Assembly: GCA_951406725.2 (NCBI GenBank)
Contig: OX597820.1
Coordinates: forward strand, 28,768,001-28,832,000
DNA length: 64,000 bases
Origin: Octopus vulgaris
Lineage: Eukaryota
Reading direction: 5' to 3'
In this document: in pieces, positions 41,847-54,074 of the stretch
Numbering within the stretch: the first letter of the stretch is position 1
How the letters are laid out: every line of letters begins with the position of its first letter
The notes under the pieces: model-generated
Told to the model about the DNA's origin: nothing
The model's database searches: none
The model's input: the letters and a program-made list of their open reading frames with translations, nothing else
Translations under genes and position numbers: made by a program

Positions 41847-42082
41847 CATATATATATTTCATGTTCATATATACATATGCATATCTGCAAAATGTAAGTA
41901 TATATGAAATTTGTGTGGGTCTCTTTATATATATGTATATGTATGTAATAAAATATCCGTTAATATGTTTATACGCATCTACGCAAGCGTAAATATTTAA
42001 TAACGTATATGTATGTATATATATATACATGTGTATATTTATTTATTTATATATATATATATATTTATATATATATTTATAT

Positions 42083-42142
<60 letters not shown>

Positions 42143-42448
42143 TCAGATATATGTGTATGTATATATACATACACACACATATATATAGAGATAAATGTTA
42201 GCATAAGTACTTACGTATATACATACATACATACATACATACATACATACATACATACATACATACATACATACATACATACATACATACATAGGTACAA
42301 CGAGTGTGCGCTATAACATGTAAACATGTATACGCCTCATTAGACACATTAACACTTTTGCACTAGGCAACCGAATATTATTTTTTCTACAACCAACACT
42401 AAAGCAAATATCAATTTATAAATAATGCAAACACACCAACACACACAG

Positions 42449-42495
<47 letters not shown>

Positions 42496-42996
42496 CACCC
42501 CACAATACACACACATTGTCACATTCAGATAAACACAACAAAGACACACATATAGATACCGCTTTTGTTCTACCTACACAAACACGATCCTTTTAATGTG
42601 AAACTCTAATGTGCAATGTCATTCGGTTTGATTTGATAAAATCGCTGTTGTTGATTTTTTCCAAGTTACCGTGTGTATAGGACATAATGAAGTTTAGAGA
42701 AGCTATTTAACTTTGCAATATACTATCTTAATGTTTGAACTGTGAGGACAGAGCCGCCATTAGCGAGAACATGGAGCGTATATTGTTGTGATTTTTCTTA
42801 TTGTTTTTTGTTGCTGTTGCCGTTGTTTAGCTCCATGTCGTCCCTGATAGAAATGAAAAATGTATTCGTGACCAACACCGCTTTTTGTATATCAAGAAAG
42901 TTATACCATGCCACCATTGATGTCATTGCTATTGTTGTTGAAGGTGTTTTGGTTGTCGTTATTGTTCATATTTCTGTTGCTGCTGCTGCTGCTGCT

Positions 42997-43075
<79 letters not shown>

Positions 43076-43088
43076 TATTATTATTATT

Positions 43089-43230
43089 CAGTAGTTTTAG
43101 TTTTATAGCGTGCTTTCACTTCACTACCGAGCGCAGCTCTGTGTCTTGAGTATGTGCGGTGGTTTGCTGCGATGCGCTTATGGTTACTATATTGAAAGTG
43201 TTTTGCGTAGGATGTGTGCAGTGCCCAGTA
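43089..43230 (-). mobile_element. Very short 5'-truncated R4/Dong-like copy in (AAT)n
   Basis: Homologous to the 3' end of the adjacent long copy (43346-43490), with (AAT)n on both sides. Confidence 0.85.
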
Positions 43231-43249
43231 TTATTATTTTTTTATTGTT

Positions 43250-43300
<51 letters not shown>

Positions 43301-43345
43301 ATTGTTATTGTTGTTGTTGTTGTTGTTGTTATTATTATTATTATT

Positions 43346-44673
43346 CAGTAGTTTTATTTTTATAGCGTGCTTTCACTTCACTACCGAGCGCAGCTCTGTG
43401 TGCCTTGGGTATGTGCTGTGATTTGTTGTGATGCTCTGATGGTTATTGTATGGAAAGTGTTCTGCGTAGGATGTGTGCAGTGCCTAGTAGTGCAATTTTC
43501 TGTATGTTATATGTGTTTGTAAGTCCTGGTGTTTTTGTTATGTATTTGTCTGAATATTTTTTTATCATGCCTAATGCACCTACTATGATAGGAATTGTTT
43601 CTGTTTTCAGATTCCACATTCTAGTTACCTCTATTTCCAGGTCTTTGTATTTTGAGAGTTTCTCCATTTCTTTTAGAGACACGTTGTCATCTGCCGGTAT
43701 TGATACATCAATTAGAAAGCATTTTTTTCTTCATGATCTCTGACAACTATATCTGGTCTGTTGGCCTTAAGTTCTCTATCTGTGTGTATCGGCATATCCC
43801 AGAGTATGGTTGCTTTCTCGTTTTCTGTGACCTTTTCTGGTGTGTGCCTATACCATTTTTTTCTGTTGTTATTCCATAATGTTGGCATAGCTTCCAATGT
43901 ATGTAGGTTCCAACTCTGTCATGTCTGTGAATATATTCCTTCTTAGCCAGGACTGGGCAGCTAGAGATAATATGATTTATTGTTTCTTGTCCATCTCCAC
44001 ATATTCTGCAGTTACTTGTAATATTTCTTTTCATTACATGTTTTTGGTAATTTCTGGTGGGGAGGCTTTGGTCTTGTGCTGCAATTAAAAATCCCTCTGT
44101 TTCTGCTTTGAGTCCTGAGCTTCTCAACCATTGCTGGGATTTTTCTTTGTCTATTTCTTTTGCGTTTAGTTTAGTGCAGTATTTACCATGAAGGGGCTTT
44201 TCTTGCCATCGTTTTATCATGGTTCGTTGCTGTTCTATTTTTAGTTTGGATTTCATTTGTTTTATAGCTTTTGTTGTTTCTTCATCATCTTCTTCTTCTT
44301 CTTCGTGTTTATTAGGTGGTATGATTTCTTGTTTGTATTTGTCAGATTCCTTAAATACTGAGAACAGTTTTTTGTTTTGCTCGTGTTTTGCTGCTATCTG
44401 GATCAGTTTTCCTTCCTTCTGAAGTAGGTATTTTTGCAGTCCTATGGTGGTTATTTTATAGTAGTTTTCCAGCTGTATAAGGCCTCTACCACCTTCTATA
44501 CGTTGTATATATAGTCTTTCTATGTCAGATTTTGGGTGATGCATCCTAGATCCTGTCAGTATTTTTCTTGTTTTCCTATCTATTTTGGACAGTTCATTTC
44601 GTGTCCAGTTAAGGATATTGTAGCTGTAACTTATAACTGGGACAGCTAAAGTGTTGATACCTATTATCTTGTT
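43346..44673 (-). mobile_element. 5'-truncated R4/Dong-clade non-LTR retrotransposon (thumb region, CCHC knuckle, restriction-like endonuclease)
   Basis: INTLAVPVISY, RLYIQRIEGGRGL, AAQDQSLPTRNY, CRICGDGQETINHIISSC, RHD, RPDIV...IDVSIP...EKLSKY (PD..D..K endonuclease) and PIIVGALG. The only disruptions seen are two frameshifts at homopolymer runs. (AAT)n flanks both ends. Confidence 0.92.
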
Positions 44674-44691
44674 TATTATTATTATTATTAT

Positions 44692-44815
<124 letters not shown>

Positions 44816-45253
44816 ATCAGGACTCACACCATTAGCCACAAAAATAATCTCTAATTTGAGCCTACTCTAAGCTACTAAGAATGTGTGTGGCAACTTGAAG
44901 ATCCATCCACCACTACGTTGTTATCCTCATTCCGTAAACGGTGGCTCTTAACGGGTGGAGAGCTGAACCATCTTGGGATACAGAAGATTCGCAATCTAGA
45001 CTAGGGTCTGAAAGTTTACCATACCATAGTGGGTTACACTATGGTTCCTCTGCTTTGTGGCAGAAGTAGGAAGAAAGAGTGAGAGAAAGTTGTGGTTAAA
45101 GAATACAGCAGGGTTCACCCCTCCCCCCGCCGGGGCCTCGTGGAGCTTAGGTGTTTTGCTCAATAAACACTCATAGTTCCCGGTCTGGGAATCTAAACAG
45201 CGTTCTTACGACCGCGAGTCCGCTGGCCTAACCACTGGGCCATTGCGCCTCCA
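44816..45253 (-). mobile_element. SINE-B head and core joined to a distinct ~250-bp tail (tail 3) ending at (AAT)n
   Basis: 45066-45253 matches SINE-B. The downstream sequence matches neither tail 1 nor tail 2 and contains hairpin ACCATAGTG-GGTTA-CACTATGGT. Confidence 0.6.
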
Positions 45254-45547
45254 CTGGCGCTGTTGGTACTGCTGTCGTAATTGTTGTCGCTGCAGTCTGA
45301 TATTGTTGCTATTGGTGTTGTTTTGACCGTTGCATTTGTTCTTTATGATACTGTGAGGCTCAATATCAGACTGGCAGAAGAAAATATATTACAGTAATGA
45401 CCATACCACACTTTTGTATAAGGGGAGCTCAATGGCCCCACGAATCATAGCTGTTCTCGTTGCTGTTAATATGCTTTTGTTTGGCCCAAGTCCACCCTAA
45501 TAGGTCAGATGGCTTCCTGCCGTGATAAACAAAATAATACACGTTCC

Positions 45548-46180
45548 AATGTATCATGAGATACAAATAAGGTAATACTTTCTTTTCAAACTAATAATAG
45601 GAGCACTTCGTCGGTTACGACGGTCCCAGCTGATACGATCAACGGAACAGCTTGCTCGTGGAATTAACGTGCAAGTGGCTGAGCATTCCACAGACACGTG
45701 TACCCTTAACGTAGTTCTCGAGGAGATTCAGCGTGACACAGAGTGTGACAAGTCTGGCCCTTTGAAATACAGGTACAACAGAAACAGGAAGAAAGAGTGA
45801 GAGAAAGTTGTGGTGAAAGAGTACAGCAGGGATCACCACCATCCCCTGCCGGAGCCTCGTGGAGCTTTCAGGTGTTTTCGCTCAATAAACACTCACAACG
45901 CCCGGTCTGGGAATCGAAACCGCGATCCTACGACTGCGAGTCCGCTGCCCTAACCACTGGGCCATTGCGCCTCCTTTCTTTTCAAACACACAAACGCTGA
46001 TAGAACACCCGAGATAGGATAAAATATCCTTATGAAGCGGGAAAATGTCAGCAACCAGTTACATGCCTTGCTGCTGACATATTTTTCCGCTTGGATATTT
46101 TATCCTGCCTTGCTCTTGTAGCAGATTTTGTGCGTTTGGAAATATATTATTATATTATTTGTATCTCGCAATACACATTT
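45548..46180. mobile_element. Palindromic MITE-like element, left arm split by a SINE-B
   Basis: Nested inverted pairs GAGATACAAATAA/TTATTTGTATCTC, AGGATAAAATATCC/GGATATTTTATCCT and AAGCGGGAAAATGTCAGC/GCTGACATATTTTTCCGCTT. Confidence 0.7.
45592..45974 (-). mobile_element. SINE-B1 full-length
   Basis: tRNA-like head; TSD TTTCTTTTCAAAC at 45579-45591 and 45975-45987. Confidence 0.92.
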
Positions 46181-46220
46181 CAGCGCGTTTAAAGCAAACA
46201 TTGATTTGTTTACATTCAAC

Positions 46221-46297
<77 letters not shown>

Positions 46298-46401
46298 TGT
46301 CTGTCTGTGTGTGTGTGTGTGTGCGTGTCTGTGTATATAGTTATACACACTCATACATACACGCACACATGCATATGTACATGTATATATACTAATATAT
46401 G

Positions 46402-46783
46402 TGGAGGTGCAATGGCCCAGTGGTTAGGGCAGCGGTCATAGTATCGTGGTTTCGATTCCCAGACCGGGCGTTGTGAGTGTTTATTGAGCGAAAACACCTA
46501 AAAGCTCCACGAGGCTCCGGCAGGGGATGGTGGTGATTCCCGCTGTACTCTTTCACCACAACTTTCTCTCACTCTTACTTCCTGTTTCTTTTGTACCTGT
46601 ATTTCAAAGGGCCGGCCTTGTCACTCTCTGTGTCACGCTGAATATCCCCGAGAACTACATTAAGGGTGCACATGTCTGCGGAGTGCTCAGCCACTTACAC
46701 GTTAATTTCACGAGCAGGCTGTTCCGTTGATTCGGATCAACCGGAACCCTCATCGTCGTAACCGACGGAGTGCTTCCAAAGAA
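46402..46783 (+). mobile_element. SINE-B1 near full-length
   Basis: A box TGGCCCAGTGG and B box GGTTTCGATTCCC; candidate TSD ACTAATATAT at 46391-46400 and 46784-46793. Confidence 0.92.
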
Positions 46784-47155
46784 ACTAATATATAAAGGGC
46801 GATTACAAAAGAGGTGAGAGTTAATTACGTCTATAACATGCACGCTTATGAGTATACATGAGGCATAAAAATCCATTTGATCGTGTAATCTGAATATACA
46901 TACATGTGTGATTTTATAGGTATCCAATAAACGTTACTTATTATTTTATGCGTGCGCTATTCGGGGCTATCAGCGTATGTATGTGTGTTTGACAAATTCA
47001 AGACAGTGTATATTCAGCAGATAGTATATGTATGGAAGTGTATATTCATTGATACTAATATATATTGTTATGCATATGTGTGTGTATAACATATAGGTAC
47101 CTATATATACACATATATATATATATAGATATAGATATGTATGTATATATATTTT

Positions 47156-47217
<62 letters not shown>

Positions 47218-47277
47218 ACATATAACTTAGAATAACTTAGAAAGGTTTTGGCCAGTATATATATACATATATATGCA

Positions 47278-47322
<45 letters not shown>

Positions 47323-47340
47323 AGATACATATATGTATTC

Positions 47341-47419
<79 letters not shown>

Positions 47420-47825
47420 AGATACATATATGTATACATATATATATATATATACATATATATATATCATTTGTTCACAGTAATCTGATATATCACTTAC
47501 TTAAAATAATAGAAATTGCTCACAGTTTTACGTGAAAAGTCTTCCCTTGTTTAATAAAAGCAATAAAAGAAAAAGATTTTGTCATTAACCAAATGGCAAG
47601 TTATAATACAATTATCGAAACCCTAATTTAATATAATTCTGAGAGCGGTAGGTATTTTTCAAAATCTTTTACGTTGTTTTATTGAGAAATAGGAATATTT
47701 TAAGTAGATCGCAAATTTAAATGGGAAATAAAGTGTGCCTTTTACATTGACGTGTGTCTGATAACCGATATCGATATATTTAAAGGAAGTCAATTGACAC
47801 TACACTGGAAATTGGATTTGATATG

Positions 47826-47856
<31 letters not shown>

Positions 47857-48194
47857 GTATGTATGTATATATATCTTATATATATTAAATTGAAGTTTTC
47901 TGTGTGTGTGTGTATACAAAAATTTAATTACTGCAATAACTTCTACATCTTTCATCCGTTTTCTTTAAAATTTGATACAAAGCTGTTTCATATTCCAGAC
48001 CCGAATATACGTAACTTAGATTCCTAAAAAAAAAATCGATATTAGGGCCTCTAGAGCGATGGGAAACCAACAATAGATGATCCCTATTCATTTGCATGAA
48101 TGAGCTGTTTTATGATCTGCAGGATCTTCCATAATTTCTTAATCTTTATATAAAAGTGAAGAGAATTTGTCTATTTATTCATTTTGAGCAAGGG

Positions 48195-48330
48195 AATAAT
48201 TCGATTACCTCGACCCCAGTGAACATCAGGTACTTATTTTATCGACCCCGAAAGGATGAAAAGTAAGGTCGACTTCGGCGGAATCTGAACTCAGAACGTA
48301 ACGGCAGACGAAACACCGCTAAGCATTTCA
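48195..48330 (-). mobile_element. SINE-A fragment
   Basis: Plus strand reads ATCGACCCCGAAAGGATGAAA...GAACTCAGAACGTAACGGCAGACGAAA. Confidence 0.8.
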
Positions 48331-48489
48331 GTATCACTGCATGGAATCTTGATCAAATGTTTTTTAACATAAATATGCTCTCATCATACCTCTATACTCG
48401 TGTAGGACAGACTATTTGGAATTCGTTCGATCTTTCCATTTTAAAATTGCAAATCTCTTACACACACCATGTCCCACTGATACTACATT

Positions 48490-48709
48490 CTTTTTTCTTT
48501 TTACTTGTTTCAGTCATTTGAATGCGGCCATGCTGGAGCAGCACCTTTTAGTCGAACAAACTGAAACCCCGGACTTATTCTTTGTAAGCGTAGTAATTAA
48601 TCTATGGGTCCTTTTTGCCTAACCGTTAGCTTACGGGGACGTCAACGCACCAACATCGGTTGTCAAGTGAAAAACAGAGACACACAAGTACATACATACA
48701 CACACACAC

Positions 48710-48771
<62 letters not shown>

Positions 48772-48777
48772 ATACAT

Positions 48778-48815
<38 letters not shown>

Positions 48816-48973
48816 GACGGGCTTCTTTCAGTTTCCGTCTACCAAATCCACTCACAAGCCTCTGGTCAGCCCACGGCTGCAGTAGAAGACAATTGATCAA
48901 GGTATCACTCAGTGGGACTGAACCCGGAAGCATGTGGTTGGGAAGCAAGCCTCTCACCACACAGCCACTCCTG
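48490..48973 (-). mobile_element. SINE-C full-length with expanded internal (TA)n
   Basis: Homologous to the other C copies. Confidence 0.9.
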
Positions 48974-49940
48974 TACCTGAATATTTTCTTAAGACTGCAC
49001 ATGTCCGTGGTGTACTCAGCCGCTTGTATGCAAATTGAATGAGACTGTAATTCAGTTGATTGAACACCTGGAATATTTGTTGAGAAAACCGACCATGGAA
49101 TTTACTTTATTATATCTGTAAGCTCTTTTTTAAGTAGATATAAATATTCATATATTCATTAATGTATAGAGCCGGGCGTATATGTGTGTTTGTGCGTGTG
49201 TTTTGGTATTTTTTGTATATGTGTTTCCCTGTGTGTGTATTGGTTGCTTGGTGTGATATGCGAAGGTAAATAAACTGATGTATATATGGTTCCATGCATA
49301 TACGATTAAATATGCATTCACACACACATACACAAACACACACACACACATACACACACACACAGCAATGTACACATGTGCACATACACACACACAGGTA
49401 CACACATAAGCAATTGCATGTAAGAATATACGTCATATATGAGAGTTTCAACGCAGAGAAAATGATACATATACGCACACATATTCATACATAAATATGT
49501 GTGTGTATATACGCACACACACACACACACGCAGATACACGGACTCTATCTCTCTCTCTTTCTCACACACACACATACACATGAATGTACGAACACACTG
49601 ACATGTATGCACATGCATCTACACATTCCTGTATACTTAAATACGTATCTACGTTACGTACATACATACGTAGGTACACGTATATGTGTGTGCATGTCTC
49701 TCGACACACATGTGCGTGTGTGCGCCCGCGTGTATGTGTATGGAATGTGTATGTATGTGCGTATCCTTGTCTATGCCTTTCATTAAATATGCATACGTTA
49801 TATATTCACCAACAGAGTTGAAAAACATACCCTATGATATATAGGGATGTGTAGGAATTCATAGCAATATATTTAATTCACGTTTGTGATCTCCCATAGC
49901 ATTAAATAAACGTTTTCACTTCTATAATATATTTTTATGT

Positions 49941-50611
49941 ATAAATATATATACGTTTCCTTTTTATAATTAGAAAAATATATAACATATGAATATGTAT
50001 TTAAAATATATTCTCTTCTTTTTCTGCGCCCCTTTCAAGCCTAACCAGGCTAATGGGTTCCTCCCAGCTGGACGGGACGCAGTCCATCGCAGCGTTACTC
50101 AAAAAACAAGAAGAGAGAGAAAGTTTAGGCTCAAGATCTAGGCTCAAGACCAGCAATTATAAGAAGGCCGATACTATCGACCCCAGTACTTTACCTTATC
50201 TACACCGGAGCAATTCAGAACGTAAATACTTTTTTATGCACCCTTTTCAAGCCTAGCCAGGCTCATGCGCCCGGTTTCCCGGTTTCTGTGGCGTATGTGT
50301 TCCCCCAGTTGAACGGAGCGCCAGTCCATCGCAGCGTTACCCAAGAAACAAGAAGAAAGAGTGAGAGAAAGTTGGGACGAAAGAGTACAACTGGGGTCGC
50401 AACCAGAGCTCGTGAAGCTTTAGGTGTTTTTGCTCAATAAACGTACAAAACGCCCAGTCTGGGAATCGAAACCTCCGACCGCGAGTCCGCTGCCCTAGCC
50501 ACTGGGCCATTGCGCTTCCACATAATAATAGATATTAAGCATAAATATATATACGTTTCCTTTTCATAATTAGAAAAATATATAACATATAAATATATAT
50601 TTAAAATATAT
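49941..50611. repeat. 71-bp direct repeats (49941-50011, 50541-50611) bracketing a composite SINE-B2 insertion
   Basis: Three mismatches in 71 bp, at a 600-bp offset. Confidence 0.85.
50230..50520 (-). mobile_element. SINE-B2 (a second B2 tail fragment lies at ~50020-50123)
   Basis: B head plus tail CAGAAACCGGGAAACCGGGCGCATGAGCCTGGCTAGGCTTGAAAAGG. Confidence 0.85.
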
Positions 50612-51264
50612 ACTAAAACGTAATAATGATTGTGTGTTTTTGCTGAGACTTCATTTTTTTGTTATAGATTAATATATTTTACGGTTGCTTTATTTTTGAA
50701 ATGGTAAGGAAGGCGGTTCGTGTCTTATTAAATACCCTAAAGGAAGTACCAGTAAAATCCCAACGGCTTAAATTCAATAATCATATTAATCTACGAGCAG
50801 CATCTGATTATTGGTGCATGTTAAAATACAATTTAAATTACCGTTTTATTTTTATGAAAAAGAAAAATAGATATTTGATAAATTTACATAACTGAATTTA
50901 TTTCAATATAAATTTTCCCTTAAACTGTTTAGATTTATCGTTTTTCACAAATTTAAATATTATTTTCATATAATATTTTTCCTCCTTTCGTTTTTTTTTT
51001 TTTCTTTTACGCTTTACAGTTTTATATTTTCTCAGTAACTTTTAATTCTGTTTTTCTTTTCTCTTAATTAATTCCGTTTTATTTTACACAATATTTAATT
51101 ACTTTAAAGAGACTTTAATTGCTTTCAGAAATAGAAATATTCATAAATTTTTCCATAATAATTCTCATTTAGATGTTACTTTATACAAAAATGCGTCGCG
51201 AAGATAAGTAATAAATAGTAGTAAGTAAATAATTTATGTACTGTAAGAAATAAATATCTCTTTA

Positions 51265-51443
51265 ATTGCTTACTTGTTTCAGTCATTGGGCTGCGCTCAT
51301 GCTGGAGCATCTCGCCGAAGTATTTTAGTCGAAATAATCCACTCTCTTTCATTTAAAGTTTGGTATTTATTCAATGGATCGTTTATACTGAACCGCTAAG
51401 TTACCGGTTATTGAGCTGCGGGTGGGGCAAAATAAAGACACAC

Positions 51444-51506
<63 letters not shown>

Positions 51507-51670
51507 AACGACGGACTTTCACGCAGTTTCCATCAACCAAATCCACTCACAAGGGATTGGTCGGCCTGGTGCGATAGAAAAAGACACTTTACCAAGAAGT
51601 GCTGCACAGTGGGACTGAACCCAAAATCACATGATTTGAAAAGCGTGCTTCTTAGCTACACAACCATGCT
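51265..51670 (-). mobile_element. SINE-C (older copy)
   Basis: Plus strand reads TTACTTGTTTCAGTCATT...AATCCACTCACAAGG...GTGGGACTGAACCC. Confidence 0.8.
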
Positions 51671-53277
51671 CGCAACTACAGCTAGTAGATGTAGTTCTCT
51701 ATTGTGGGATAGTAATTATCTCAGCGCACATGATTTACGTACATTTCCTCAAACGTGAGTTGAATGTATTATTTTGATTCATTCAACTTTTTAAATGTTA
51801 GCTCAACTGAGATTGATCGTTTCATAGTCTAATATGTTTTGTTTCAAATACTAAAATGTTTCGTTTCAAATCCTGCAGGGTAGAGAGAAAGTGACGTACA
51901 AAACGCCATGAAGTATTTAGCTGCGCCCCTTAATGTTCTTAGTTCAAATCCAATCAGGATCGACTTTACCTTTCGCAGAATGAAGATAAAATATAGCACG
52001 GCTCAAGTGATGTATCAATATTATCAGGTAGATTCATTCTGCTCAATGTGTGCTCTCGTGCCAATGTTAAAAATTAATAACTAGAAAAAGAAAAAGAAGA
52101 ATTGGATTCAACTCGGATCTTTCTCTTTTGACCTACATATTTAAAAAATAATTTCGGGAATTTCAACCAATCAATGACGTGTAGTCAAAAAGTAAAGATC
52201 CTTTAACTCAAACATTATATTATATAAAAACTGACCATGATGTTTCGTCAGTGTGTAGGTAATCTAAAAGTTCTGTCAGGCAACGCCCGTGCATTTATGT
52301 GTACAGTCATGACTCTGTTGTTAAGGTGGTCGCAGTGATATCAAACCTGCAGATCCAGGTTCTGTCTCACTCCACAGCAACATACACAGGGGTCAATCTT
52401 CTATAATAAACTCACATCGAACACAAACCATCTAACTTCACATTGTAGACGGAAGCTAAGTGGAAACTTTTCGAGTGAACAGCATCTGTTCTTCGATGGT
52501 AAGCATAATCTGTCACTTGGTTTTTGCGTATCTTAGTATTTAACTTCCTTTCTGACTTCTACCAGTATCAAATACTATTGAATAAAATTGTGCACACTAA
52601 TCTACCACCTCTAAATAACATCGCAAGTTGAAGTACACGTCTTTAATAAGGCCGGTGAGAAGCGTATGTTGTTCCCTTGAATGGTCAATGGGAAGATGAT
52701 CACATCGCTCCGATATGTAGTCTTTAACACATGTTTATGAAGACATTTGTCTCTCAGAAGAAACCACAGCATCATATATTTCAATGGTGTTTACTCGTCA
52801 GCTATGACACAAAGATGGCTATTTCAATAGTATGATGTTGCAAAGGCGACGAGCTGGCAGACACGTTAGCACGCCGGGTGAAACGCCTAGCGGTATTTCG
52901 TCTGCCGCTACGTTCTGAGTTCAAATTTTGCCGAGGTCGACTTTCCCTTTCATCCTTTGGAGTCAATAAATTAAGTACCAGTTACGCACTGGGGTCGATG
53001 TAATCGACTTAATCCGTTTGTCTGTCCTTCTTTGTCCCCTCTGTGTTTAGCCTCTTGTGGGTAATAAAGAAATAGAAATAGGTATTTCGTCTGCCGCTAC
53101 GTTCTGAGTTCCAATTCTGCCGAGGTCGACTTTGCCTTTCATCCTTTCGGGGTCGATAAATTAAGTACCAGTTACGCACTGGGGTCGATGTAATCGACTT
53201 AATCCGTTTGTCTGTCCTTGTTTGTCCCCTCTGTGTTTAGCCCCTTGTGGGTAGTAAAGAAATGGGTATTTCATCCG

Positions 53278-54074
53278 CCTGTAGCTTTATCTCCGGCCAC
53301 GAGTTAAGATCGTTTTGCACTTTTCACTTGAAAAGGAAAGTGTGGCTGGAGAAGAGATGCCTGTCGGAGAATGTGTTAAAAAAAAGATGGAAGCATGTTG
53401 CACGAGTGCTGAGCGTGCAAGAAACCATGTGAATAGGCTATAGAAGAAAAGCAAGATATGAAAGAAGAACCAGCGATAGATCGGGGCTTATGGGATCGGA
53501 GCAAGGGTGATCATCACTACATTTGTATCATATTTGTATTGTGTGGAGGCGCAATGGCCCAGTGGTTAGGGCAGCGGACTCGCGGTCGTAGGATCGCGGT
53601 TTCGATTCCCAGACCGGGCGTTGTGAGTGTTTATTGAGCGAAAACACCTAAAGCTCCACGAGGCTCCGGCAGGGGTGGTGGTGATCCCTGCTGTACTCTT
53701 TCACCACAACTTTCTCTCACTCTTACTTCCTGCTTCTGTTGTACCTGTATTTCAAAGGGCCGGCCTTGTCACTCTCTGTGTCACGCTGAATATCCCCGAG
53801 AACTACGTTATGGGTACACGTGTCTGTGGAGTGCTCAGCCACTTACATGTTAATTTCACGAGCAGGCTGTTCCGTTGATTCGAATCAACCGGAACCCTCG
53901 TCGTCGTAACCGACGGAGTGCTTCCATCCATTTGTATTGTGTATTTCATTCGATTCTTATATATTTTATATACTTTTTATTTCCATATTTATGTAATATC
54001 ATAAGGCGTTACTGATCCCAATCAGTTGTTTTGTCCCATTCTTTGTATAGACCCCTGTGGGTAATAAAGAAATT
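53278..54074 (+). mobile_element. L1/Tx1-like LINE 3' end inserted into the SINE-A head with a 13-bp TSD
   Basis: ORF end SFISGHELRSFCTFHLKRKVWLEKRCLSENVLKKRWKHVARVLSVQETM* and tail AGACCCCTGTGGGTAATAAAGAAAT. GGTATTTCATCCG flanks it at 53265-53277 and 54075-54087. Clade assignment is inferred. Confidence 0.65.
53545..53929 (+). mobile_element. SINE-B1 full-length (tRNA-Arg-like head)
   Basis: Head GGAGGCGCAATGGCCCAGTGGTTAGGGCAGCGGACTCGCGGTC...GGTTTCGATTCCC; TSD ATTTGTATTGTGT at 53532-53544 and 53930-53942. Confidence 0.93.

Noticed and set aside
47875-48055. Possible Helitron-like 5' end (TCTTATATATATTAAA...GTGTGT) and a downstream CTAG
   Set aside because: No clear 3' hairpin or empty-site evidence.
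53545-53620. tRNA-Arg-like sequence
   Set aside because: It is the head of a SINE with TSDs and many diverged copies, not a tRNA gene.
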